In this document: positions 47,099-55,329 of the stretch, piece after piece | Layout of the letters: every line of letters begins with the position of its first letter | Position numbering within the stretch: position 1 is the first letter of the stretch | Sequence record: NC_061451.1 | DNA length: 64,000 nt | Strand: one strand, 5' to 3' | The notes under the pieces: model-generated | What the model was told of the DNA's origin: nothing | The model's input: the letters and a program-made list of their open reading frames with translations, nothing else | The model's database searches: none | Program-made: the position numbers and the translations under genes

Positions 47099-49419
47099 CA
47101 GATCACCTTACGACTAAGAGACGACACACCAGACTTCTTAGTGACCGTCCACTGATTGTTAGAGAAGTGCTCAACATCGTTTGGAGTTATCCAGTAGATG
47201 TTAGGAATGATCTGCTTGAGAATCGGCAGGAAGTTGTTGACGATGTGACTGCTCACAGCAGGACTGCAACTGTTGTCCGGCTCATCAAGAACGATGAAGT
47301 TGGTGCGACGGTTAGCCGGAATGAACGGCATGATCGCTACAGCAAACAGCAATCTAAAACAGTTCGTCTCTGCACCACTCATGATACCAATGTCCGTAGT
47401 CTTCTTAGAGATCATACGAGTCACGGTAGCACCAACACCCTGCTTGGTCGTGAACAAATCAAAGTGCATCGGTTCAGGGAACACAAGCGAGGAGTATTCG
47501 TTCAGCTTCTTCTCAATCTGTTTCAAACGACCTTCGACGGCTTTCAGTTTCAGCGCGTTGTTCGAGTATGCTTTGTATAGCACCTCAAACACTTTGCGCT
47601 TATCGATCAGAGGCTGCAAGTCCGCGAGCTTGCCACGAAGTTCCTTGAGAGTCTCCTCGTAGTGCTCATGCTCTTGGATGCGCATCTTGATCTTCTGGGC
47701 CTTGTGCTCTTTCTTATCAATGTCGTCTGTCAGCTTCTCAACTTCCTGAGTAACCTTCTTGAACTCGGCATCAAGCAGATAGAAGTCGTTGGAAGGTTTG
47801 CCTACAGCTTTGAGCGCACCAAGCAATTCACGCAACGTCTCAAGGTCTTCGATGCGACCCTCAATGACTTTACGTTTCTTCTTCGGCTTCTCAATCTTCT
47901 TCGGCTTCTTCAATGAATCGAGGCGAGTGTTGAGCTTGTCATACTTCTTGGCAGACTCAAACTGCTCTTCCATTTTATCCAACAGCTTACCGACCTTCTT
48001 CATACGAGCTTGAAGTTCTTCACGGTCGAGCTTCGGCTTCTTGACCTTGTTGTCCTTGAGAGCCTGGAGTTCAGCAGACAACGCATAGTAGTCCAGAGCT
48101 TCGATGCAGTCATCAACAGTAGCCCGTGCACGGGTTGCCGCTTTAGCCATCGACTTCATATCAACATCCTGAGAACACGTAGGGCACTTTGTACCTTCAA
48201 CATGTTCGGACAGATGCTCAAATGCTTTTACGATTGCTCGCGCTTCTGCTCGCGCATCACGAGCTTCTTCCTCAGTTCGTTTAGGACTTTTGAGCTTAGA
48301 TAGCCGCTTTTCCAATTGTTTGACTGAGGACTGCCATGCTCGGTATTCTTCTTGCTGGCCATCAATCTCCTCCAGGAGCTGTTCGATTTCTTCCTCTTCG
48401 GCCACCAGCTTGCGATGCTTCTTGCTTGCGGCTTTGCTATCAAAGTCCGAGCAATCGCCGAGTTCTTCAAGTTGCTTGTGCAGCTTTTTCAGATCTGCCT
48501 TATACTCTTCCAGCAGTTCCTCATACTCGGCGTACATGTCGTGCAGTGCAAGGTCGGAGCGGAGTTTCTTTAGCTCCTGTTTGGGATCATCTGACTCAAT
48601 GCCAAGCGTGTCGAGTTGATGTTTAATCTTCTCATACTTCTTGGCAGTGTTACGTTCGGTACTTACTTCAACCAGACGCTCGGACAAGTTGTTACGCTTG
48701 GCCTTGAGCTTGTCGATCATGCTGATAATACTTTTCAGCGTGTTCTTTTCTTCTGCATGGATGTCCAGCGCGTTTTGTTTACGCTGCATAACGTCCAGCA
48801 TATCGGCCAGGCCTTTAGATTCTGTCTCGGCATCTTTTGCCAGATCAAGTTTCTTCTTGAGCGCTGCGCGAATGTTATCGAACACATCGAGGTTGAACAA
48901 GCTGGTCAGGTACTTGAGACGATCAGCAGGAGCAGCACGCTGGAACGGATGAGAGATCTGCGACTGGATGTAGCAGTAGCTGTAGAACTCATCTTTAGAC
49001 AGAGGCCAGTGCTTCTGTACCCAAGAGCGTGCAACGTCCTGACGACCAACCTTCTGGTCTTCGCCGTTGTAGAATACCTGATACTTGGTAGACGACTGCA
49101 CGACACGAACGATGCCACCAAGCGGTGACTTCCATGACAGGTCAATCGAGCTACCCTTGCCGAGCATGTTACCCTTGTCTTTCTTTTTCATCGCAAGGGG
49201 ATCAGCTTCATACAGCAAGGTAGGTATTGCAGCGAACAGCATACTCTTACCTACGCCGTTCGTGTTTTCCTTAACGTCTGGACTATCGAGGTTCTTCCCG
49301 CAGATTGTTGCGAAGCCCTCTTTGTCAAGGCCATCAATGTCGAGTTCCTTGTATACGCCAACGTCGCGCAAGTGAATCTCTTTCAGGCCAATACCGTGTT
49401 GCTGTTTTACTTTCGCCAT
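47098..49419 (-). CDS. sbcC: SbcC/Rad50-like ABC-ATPase with coiled coils and zinc hook
   Basis: NGVGKS Walker A, YIQSQ Q-loop, CPTC hook, MSGAE signature, IVLDEP Walker B. Confidence 0.9.
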   Translation of the reverse strand: MAKVKQQHGIGLKEIHLRDVGVYKELDIDGLDKEGFATICGKNLDSPDVKENTNGVGKSMLFAAIPTLLYEADPLAMKKKDKGNMLGKGSSIDLSWKSPLGGIVRVVQSSTKYQVFYNGEDQKVGRQDVARSWVQKHWPLSKDEFYSYCYIQSQISHPFQRAAPADRLKYLTSLFNLDVFDNIRAALKKKLDLAKDAETESKGLADMLDVMQRKQNALDIHAEEKNTLKSIISMIDKLKAKRNNLSERLVEVSTERNTAKKYEKIKHQLDTLGIESDDPKQELKKLRSDLALHDMYAEYEELLEEYKADLKKLHKQLEELGDCSDFDSKAASKKHRKLVAEEEEIEQLLEEIDGQQEEYRAWQSSVKQLEKRLSKLKSPKRTEEEARDARAEARAIVKAFEHLSEHVEGTKCPTCSQDVDMKSMAKAATRARATVDDCIEALDYYALSAELQALKDNKVKKPKLDREELQARMKKVGKLLDKMEEQFESAKKYDKLNTRLDSLKKPKKIEKPKKKRKVIEGRIEDLETLRELLGALKAVGKPSNDFYLLDAEFKKVTQEVEKLTDDIDKKEHKAQKIKMRIQEHEHYEETLKELRGKLADLQPLIDKRKVFEVLYKAYSNNALKLKAVEGRLKQIEKKLNEYSSLVFPEPMHFDLFTTKQGVGATVTRMISKKTTDIGIMSGAETNCFRLLFAVAIMPFIPANRRTNFIVLDEPDNSCSPAVSSHIVNNFLPILKQIIPNIYWITPNDVEHFSNNQWTVTKKSGVSSLSRKVI

Positions 49420-49613
49420 TAGATATACTCGAAGGCTTCTTCCTGAATCAAACCTTTACCGTGAGTCTGCTCGAAGATTTCGATTTCATCATCGGTGTAA
49501 GGCTCAGCAGATTCTGCGATTACGTGATACGCAATGCTTTCATCGCGGTTGGCCAGATGCTCAGGCTTTACGATACGCCACACTGGAACTTGAATTGGTT
49601 CGCGATCAATCAT
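49419..49613 (-). CDS. Small acidic hypothetical protein
   Basis: MIDREP start at 49613 overlapping the upstream stop. Confidence 0.6.
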   Translation of the reverse strand: MIDREPIQVPVWRIVKPEHLANRDESIAYHVIAESAEPYTDDEIEIFEQTHGKGLIQEEAFEYI

Positions 49614-49822
49614 TGGTAAACAGTCTCCGTTACTACCCACATGTCAGGGTCATTATACTTTTGACGCAGTTCTTGGAGAGCTTCGTCGGAAAGAGGTTGG
49701 CTGGTGGTGCAGACGCATTGAGCAACGACCTCCGGCTTAGAAGTAACAGGGTTAATGTCGTGATCGTGACGCATCACGTTCCACTGTTGCTTAGGGGTCA
49801 TTGAAATATAAAGGTGTTCCAT
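49610..49822 (-). CDS. Small hypothetical protein
   Basis: 63-70 aa; CTGTAAAT at 49861-49868 upstream. Confidence 0.6.
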   Translation of the reverse strand: MEHLYISMTPKQQWNVMRHDHDINPVTSKPEVVAQCVCTTSQPLSDEALQELRQKYNDPDMWVVTETVYQ

Positions 49823-49892
49823 AGCGCTTGCCTATGTGTAGTGTATTGTTGATGGACGTTATTTACAGTATTTGAGGCATACAGACAAAAAG

Positions 49893-49917
49893 AAGGGCCA
49901 CCATCTAGGCAGCCCTT
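49893..49917 (-). terminator. Hairpin terminator
   Basis: AAGGGCTGCC-TAGAT-GGTGGCCCTT-CTTTTT. Confidence 0.75.
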
Positions 49918-49924
49918 GCATGTC

Positions 49925-50371
49925 TTAATATCTACGAGGCTTCTTAGGCTTCTTGATCGTAGACTTAGGACGCTTGATAGCCCGCAGTGCTTTGCGTGCT
50001 TCCACAATTTGTTTGGCTACAGTGGAACGACGAGCTTTGACCTGGTCTGTATCTTGGTCAGTGCCTTTCAGCTTATCGAGTCTGTTCCATTCTTGCACCA
50101 GACGATCAACAACACCAGCACGACCTACGCGTTGCTGGTTGATGCGCACAATGTCCTGATGAGTCTTCACGGAGTTTTGTGCGTCTTTCTGTTTAGCACG
50201 CGCAGATGCAACGTGGTCAGAGTTACCCTCAGCAGACTTCTCGTTAAGCTGCTTACGTCTAAGTGCCAGACGGCGTTGCGCTTGCTTGAGTTCGTCTTTG
50301 GAGTTCTCCAGTTGCGTCTGCATGTCTTCAAGAGGACTTGAGCGTGCGCTCAGACTAACGAGAAGTTCCAT
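49925..50371 (-). CDS. Basic coiled-coil protein with the shared N-terminal signal
   Basis: Start MELLVSLSAR at 50371 with GAGGA RBS. Confidence 0.7.
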   Translation of the reverse strand: MELLVSLSARSSPLEDMQTQLENSKDELKQAQRRLALRRKQLNEKSAEGNSDHVASARAKQKDAQNSVKTHQDIVRINQQRVGRAGVVDRLVQEWNRLDKLKGTDQDTDQVKARRSTVAKQIVEARKALRAIKRPKSTIKKPKKPRRY

Positions 50372-50378
50372 AAGTTCC

Positions 50379-50930
50379 TCACACAGGCTGTATGGTAATG
50401 ATCTGGACGCCTTGTTCATTACGCGACTTGAGAATGCGGAAGCGGAAGTCTATTGGATAAATCCATTCGAGTTCATCCATAAGACCATCAAGAATCATCT
50501 CACGTTCTTCTTCGTCACCACCGAATTCTTTATCAAGATCAGCAGCCATGATAAGATTGTACGTGCGTTGCCAATAGTTGAAGGCTTTGTTCTTTGGCCC
50601 AGGAAGAATCTCCAGCATCGTATCTGTCTTGCCTGCCTTTGCAAAACCTTTAGCAGTAGCGAAGTCTTGACTGAACGACAGGTACTTGTTGATCATCACG
50701 AAAGGATTCTTAGCCTGCTTAAACAGAGCCATGAGTTCTTTTTCGTACAGACCACGATACAGAGGCATCTCAGGACGTTCGGGATATTTAGCGATCAGAT
50801 CATCAAGCGCAGGGCTGGAGCGATTAGCGTCAATCACATGCCCTTTATCGTGGAGCATCGTCCACATAATGTCTTGCTGTCTGTCTGTGTAGGCAGGTAT
50901 CTTAGCACTGAGGCTAACCATAAGTTCCAT
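50379..50930 (-). CDS. R-S-E clade ADP-ribosyltransferase (Alt/ModA/Vip2-like catalytic domain)
   Basis: PLYRGL (Arg), YLSFS (S-x-S), DELEWIYP (E-x-E), C-terminal F.I....I.I strands; N-terminus MELMVSLSA. Confidence 0.78.
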   Translation of the reverse strand: MELMVSLSAKIPAYTDRQQDIMWTMLHDKGHVIDANRSSPALDDLIAKYPERPEMPLYRGLYEKELMALFKQAKNPFVMINKYLSFSQDFATAKGFAKAGKTDTMLEILPGPKNKAFNYWQRTYNLIMAADLDKEFGGDEEEREMILDGLMDELEWIYPIDFRFRILKSRNEQGVQIITIQPV

Positions 50931-50946
50931 GCATGTTCCTTAAAAG

Positions 50947-50969
50947 AAAAGGCGGACCGAAGCCCGCCT
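50947..50969 (-). terminator. Intrinsic terminator with UUCG loop
   Basis: AGGCGGGC-TTCG-GTCCGCCT-TTTCTTTT. Confidence 0.8.
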
Positions 50970-51058
50970 CTGAGTAATGTGCGCTATGCACTCGACGGTT
51001 AAGTCTCCTGCTATTGTTTTACCTCGTTGCAGTAAACGAGGAGATAAGGATCACCTCC

Positions 51059-51595
51059 TCAGACGGTACCTAATACTTCAAGCACATCTTCGTCGTCCAC
51101 ACTTGCAGACCACGAACGCATAACAGAAGCATTGCCTCGATTGCCTGTCAGCATTGATTTAACTGCTGGTGTGGCTTCGATTTCGGCATAGTGTTCCAAG
51201 AGAGCTTTGTCATCTTTGAACCACATAATGGAGTTACCATCCTTAGGGACGATCAAGAATTGGGTAGGCTTCTGGGTGACGTTTAACGTCAGGTAGTAAT
51301 CACCAGCACCTTTAGGAGTCAGCATCGGCATTGGCTTCATCGCATACATGAAGTCCTTAGCGTGCATGAGTTTCTGATCGCCGAGCAACCAGATTGCGCC
51401 TTCTTCGCCTTGACGCACAGCAGACAAATCGCCTTTACGTGTTGCAATCGTTCCGAATACATCTTTATCGAAACGTGACAGACCGAAGATCAGCGAGGCG
51501 AGACGCTTCAGGTCCGGGGTCGTGCATGGACTGTTGATCACAGCCATACCCTCAGACCCAAGTGTGAATTTAGAGAGTGAAATAAAGAGTTCCAT
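51059..51595 (-). CDS. Hypothetical protein with the shared N-terminal signal
   Basis: MELFISLSK at 51595 (alternative start 51607); ACTAATTT at 51630-51637. Confidence 0.7.
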   Translation of the reverse strand: MELFISLSKFTLGSEGMAVINSPCTTPDLKRLASLIFGLSRFDKDVFGTIATRKGDLSAVRQGEEGAIWLLGDQKLMHAKDFMYAMKPMPMLTPKGAGDYYLTLNVTQKPTQFLIVPKDGNSIMWFKDDKALLEHYAEIEATPAVKSMLTGNRGNASVMRSWSASVDDEDVLEVLGTV

Positions 51596-51660
51596 CGTAA
51601 CGTCCATACCGTCTTATGAATGTATGGTAAAATTAGTGTTCCTTAAGACATTTCTGAAAT

Positions 51661-51690
51661 AAAAAAGGGCGACCCTTAGGCCACCCTTTT
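51661..51690 (-). terminator. Hairpin terminator after dnaX
   Basis: AAAAGGGTGGCC-TAA-GGGTCGCCCTTTTTT. Confidence 0.75.
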
Positions 51691-51705
51691 GTTAGTTATT
51701 TACCA

Positions 51706-52989
51706 CTACTTCTTCTTCTTTTTCTTTTTCTTCTTGGGCTTTTCGTCTTCGTCGTCATCTTCGACTTCGTTACCCAATTTCACAGACAGTTTGCCTTCAT
51801 AAATGTCGGCCATCAGACTGAGGATAGTTGATTCCAACATAATGTCAGCAGGCACGGAGGTACTGTTGAATGCTACCTCTGCTTCTGCCAGTGCTTTCTG
51901 CAAATAGATCAGGCAAACAAGATTGACCTTAATCTTCTCTTGCTTAACCATATTCAGGAACATCTTGAGTCCAGCAGACTGCCACTTGTTTGTGTCAGAG
52001 TAATGACCAAGCGCACCGTGAAGTATCCAGCGTGCTTTCGCTACGATTGCTCGTGGGTTGTTTGCTTCACGCAGGAACTGAATGACGCCGATAAGGTCCA
52101 TCGCAATGAACGCACCGATAGTCTGAACTGCTTTGCCTTCCATTTCGATTTCAGGATCGGCCGCTGCAAGTTCTGCCACCAGCTTCTTATCAAACGCTTC
52201 ACCACCTTTAACTGACGCAAAGATGTTTTGCATCATCGTGATTGCGCCACGCATCTGACCACCAGCATACTCTGCTACTTGGTGCAGTGCGGATTCGGCT
52301 TTATCACGCGCTTTGTCTTTCTTCGGCATGATGCCAAGCGTGTCTGCAATCTCGGACAGTCGCTTCGCAATGATGTCGGTAGGAATCGGCCTGATAGGAA
52401 GTTGTGTCATACGACTGATCATCGTATCTTTCATCTTCTCAGGGTTCGTGGTCACAAAGATGAACACGACATGAGCTGGTGGTTCTTCAATGATCTTGAG
52501 GAACTTCGATTCGGCTGCGCTCGACATAAGGTGCGCTTCATCGAGAATGAACACACGGCGCTTGAACGTAGCCGCCAGTGGTGCTGAGTCAACGATACGC
52601 TGTGAGCCTTCAACTTTACCAGAGTCGCTACCCATATCGAACTCTTGCACGTCAGGGTGCTGGCCGTTATTGTACACCATGCGACACGAGGCACACTTAC
52701 CACACGCGCTAAACGAATCACAGTTGATGTACTTTGCGACGAGACGCGCAAACGTTGTTTTACCACTACCCAGATGGCCTGTAATGATCATCGTTGATGG
52801 AACTGTTTTCGACTTCTGCCAACCGTTCATGATCTTAACGATGTGGTCTTGACCTACATAGTCTTCGATGCGTTTCGGTCGAAACTGAGCGGCAAAGTTT
52901 ACCGTAGTCAGTTCAGTAGAAGATTCGGACTTGGAACTATCTGAACCAAAGTCGCGTTTCTTCTTCTTTTTCTTTTCTTCTTTCGCCAT
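51706..52989 (-). CDS. dnaX: Clamp loader, DNA polymerase III gamma/tau-like AAA+ subunit
   Basis: FRPK...VGQ, GHLGSGKTT, C..(C)GKC.SC zinc module, LDEAHLM, KIIEEPP, ISR arginine finger, G.MR sensor 2. Confidence 0.93.
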   Translation of the reverse strand: MAKEEKKKKKKRDFGSDSSKSESSTELTTVNFAAQFRPKRIEDYVGQDHIVKIMNGWQKSKTVPSTMIITGHLGSGKTTFARLVAKYINCDSFSACGKCASCRMVYNNGQHPDVQEFDMGSDSGKVEGSQRIVDSAPLAATFKRRVFILDEAHLMSSAAESKFLKIIEEPPAHVVFIFVTTNPEKMKDTMISRMTQLPIRPIPTDIIAKRLSEIADTLGIMPKKDKARDKAESALHQVAEYAGGQMRGAITMMQNIFASVKGGEAFDKKLVAELAAADPEIEMEGKAVQTIGAFIAMDLIGVIQFLREANNPRAIVAKARWILHGALGHYSDTNKWQSAGLKMFLNMVKQEKIKVNLVCLIYLQKALAEAEVAFNSTSVPADIMLESTILSLMADIYEGKLSVKLGNEVEDDDEDEKPKKKKKKKKK

Positions 52990-53026
52990 GATGCTATTGC
53001 CCTTTAGTTTGATGCTTACTGTCGAT

Positions 53027-53034
53027 ATTTACAG
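53027..53034 (-). promoter_or_regulatory. Putative middle promoter (CTGTAAAT)
   Basis: 38 nt upstream of the dnaX ATG. Confidence 0.55.
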
Positions 53035-53130
53035 ATTTTAGACAAAAAGAAAGGACCACATCCAAAATGGAGGGTCCTTAAAAAGTCTATCTCTGGTATG
53101 GGACAGCTATCACTAGTGGCAACAGGTGAT

Positions 53131-53340
53131 TCATGCAAAGCTCATCTCCCAGCGGGGCGTCACGCGGGAAAAGAGTTTAAATTCTTCAGGTGGGTTAGAC
53201 TTGATTTCGTTGATGGCTGCTTCAACGTCATCGTAATCGTGAAGTCCAGCTTGTACGGTCTGCGTAACGAACGTACCATCTGAATTGATCAAGTCAGCGA
53301 CGACTCGATAACTTGGGCGACTCTGTTGCATCCTAAACAT
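53131..53340 (-). CDS. Small hypothetical protein
   Basis: 69 aa; CAGGAG RBS; CTGTAAAC at 53381-53388. Confidence 0.7.
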   Translation of the reverse strand: MFRMQQSRPSYRVVADLINSDGTFVTQTVQAGLHDYDDVEAAINEIKSNPPEEFKLFSRVTPRWEMSFA

Positions 53341-53419
53341 AACATCTCCTGAATATTAAACCTCAACGTTCTTGAATTATGTTTACAGATTGCTTCGGTC
53401 CGTCCTTGCGATTTAAAGT

Positions 53420-53785
53420 CAGAATAGTCTTAAACTCCAATAAGCTCTTGTTAGAACGTATTGGAGTCCACCCTGTCAGATGACGGTCATTCAGGGCTTT
53501 CTCCCCGCACACTTATATAGCGCCGTGCGGCAGGCTGCGCTCGCGAGGTCTTATGTTTTCCACAGCAGGTGGTCCAGGAGGTAGCGTCCTCTGAAAAGAT
53601 ACCCGCCGCACAACAGCCTCGCTATCGGCCAATCAGCGATACGCGGTGTTACGCTGAATCGACCTAAGTGACTCTGGCCGAGTCGTGTACAAAAAAGAGT
53701 TCGGTCCCAATCAAAAAGATGGCGAAAAAGAAAGGGACCGAACAAAAGGCACTCAGCGCAAACTCCTTATGCACTGTTTTTGTAC
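53420..53785 (-). ncRNA. Candidate structured non-coding RNA (unknown family)
   Basis: No credible ORF; at least nine predicted helices; ACTAATTT motif at 53792-53799; ends in a 9-bp hairpin followed by TTT. Confidence 0.45.
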
Positions 53786-53825
53786 TTGGGAAAATTAGTG
53801 ACATTCCCTTTTATTCAGAAAATTC

Positions 53826-54404
53826 TTAGTCGATGGTTAATTGCATCTGACGCAGAGTTTTGAGAAAATGTCTGCGTTGGAAAGACTCGATACGGTACGG
53901 ATGATCGATATGTTTGTTCCAGCCCTGATTAAATAGCATAATGTTGTCGGGCAATTTCTCAGCACCATTCCACTTCGGTTTATCATCTACAAGCAGGTAA
54001 TTGCCTGCACCATGAACCGAATCAAGGAACGCAATTTTATCAGGGTAAATCAGTGGACTAATCACATGGAAGTGATCTATCACGTGGAGAAGTCCGCGCA
54101 TCGCTAGGCGCGAGTAACGAGTTCCAAGTTCGTGATAGCCACGATGAGTGCAAACACCAACAGAGTAACCTTGCTGCACAAGATACTCCAACGTGCCCTT
54201 TGCATACTGACGCATACGCGCATCGAGCATGAACGTCGGACTGTTCAGTATCTCACTGAAATGAATACCGCCATTCTCAGGCGTAATGTATTCACCTTCA
54301 CCGATAGTAACTCCTTTGGCAGCAAGTTTCTTACGCATCACAGGGTGAGTCTCAAAAAACGTATCATCCAAATCGAAAAAGATTTTCTTTAGCTTTTGCA
54401 TCAA
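53826..54404 (-). CDS. HAD-superfamily 5'(3')-deoxyribonucleotidase-like protein
   Basis: FFDLDDTF (DxDxT), CTHRG, K, LVDDKP. Confidence 0.8.
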   Translation of the reverse strand: MMQKLKKIFFDLDDTFFETHPVMRKKLAAKGVTIGEGEYITPENGGIHFSEILNSPTFMLDARMRQYAKGTLEYLVQQGYSVGVCTHRGYHELGTRYSRLAMRGLLHVIDHFHVISPLIYPDKIAFLDSVHGAGNYLLVDDKPKWNGAEKLPDNIMLFNQGWNKHIDHPYRIESFQRRHFLKTLRQMQLTID

Positions 54405-54736
54405 TGCCTCGTGCTGTTAAAGAGCATGGGAATATCGTTGATGTGTCCGAGATTGAGAAGTAGGTCTGTGTGTAGCAGGCGCATCTCATCCGCGTTGCAA
54501 ATGACAATGACTTCTTGCAGTGGGTCAATTAAGAATCGAGGCACCTCAAGCAATTCGACGGTCATACCGTCATCAAGCTCATCAACAAGGTGCGCACCCT
54601 CCATCCATGTTCTACCTTCAGCATCATCTTTCAAATGACCGATAAAGTATTCGTCATCCAGCGCTACCATCATTAGCGTCAGGTGATCAGTTTCTAGATC
54701 ATCAAATTCAAAATGAAAGTCATCGTCGTTGCACAT
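54401..54736 (-). CDS. Acidic hypothetical protein
   Basis: 111 aa, Asp/Glu-rich. Confidence 0.7.
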   Translation of the reverse strand: MCNDDDFHFEFDDLETDHLTLMMVALDDEYFIGHLKDDAEGRTWMEGAHLVDELDDGMTVELLEVPRFLIDPLQEVIVICNADEMRLLHTDLLLNLGHINDIPMLFNSTRH

Positions 54737-54738
54737 GG

Positions 54739-55329
54739 CTATGCCCTCAGGTCAACCAATATAGATCCGCTTAGGTCACGCAGCATCTCTCTACCAAGAG
54801 GCGTGTACATGATTTGATGCACAGCAATACGTTCGAGGAACTGCTTGCTGGAATGTACATCGTGTCCTGTACGCTTTCGAACAAACTCTATGATCGAGGG
54901 AGCAGGTTGAATGAGGAACGTCAGTATCTCCGCATCGTGGAGAACACTACCCATGTCAGTGATTGGCTTTAGCTCAGTCTCCTGATCAAGGATATATCGG
55001 ATAACGCGTTCCTCGTTACCAGTTTTAGGATTATGCTTAAAGAAGGTGCGAGCAGATTCAACCATAAGTTTGAAATCATACTCGTCATCCGCAGTAGGCA
55101 TTCTGAGAAAGAGAGCAGCAAGCAACAAATTTATTTCCACCTGCGGACCACGTTCAATGTTGAGCATCGCGTGTGCGGTGAGCACTACATCAAGCGCATA
55201 GTCACGGGTATACAGAGGATGAGAGGCTACTGTTCTGTCAAAATAGTCAAGGGCTGTGCGAAGTCCGTGACGAGATAACAGGTGCTCTGCCTTAACACGA
55301 GCTAGGCGTTGCACCCTAGTCTTCTCCAC
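54739..55329 (-). CDS. Possible inactive HD-domain protein
   Basis: PLYTRDYALDVV...LLLAALFLRM...LHDAEIL parallels PYHN..H..DV...LLAALFHD...DADL with the His/Asp ligands lost. Confidence 0.4.
   Translation of the reverse strand: MEKTRVQRLARVKAEHLLSRHGLRTALDYFDRTVASHPLYTRDYALDVVLTAHAMLNIERGPQVEINLLLAALFLRMPTADDEYDFKLMVESARTFFKHNPKTGNEERVIRYILDQETELKPITDMGSVLHDAEILTFLIQPAPSIIEFVRKRTGHDVHSSKQFLERIAVHQIMYTPLGREMLRDLSGSILVDLRA

Noticed and set aside
53480-53510. Hammerhead-like GAAA/CTGAATGA strings
   Set aside because: The core is CUGAAUGA rather than CUGANGA, and the helix topology does not fit
53551-53745. 64-aa ORF inside the structured region
   Set aside because: TTG start, SD poorly spaced (~18 nt), atypical composition; the sequence is better explained by base-pairing
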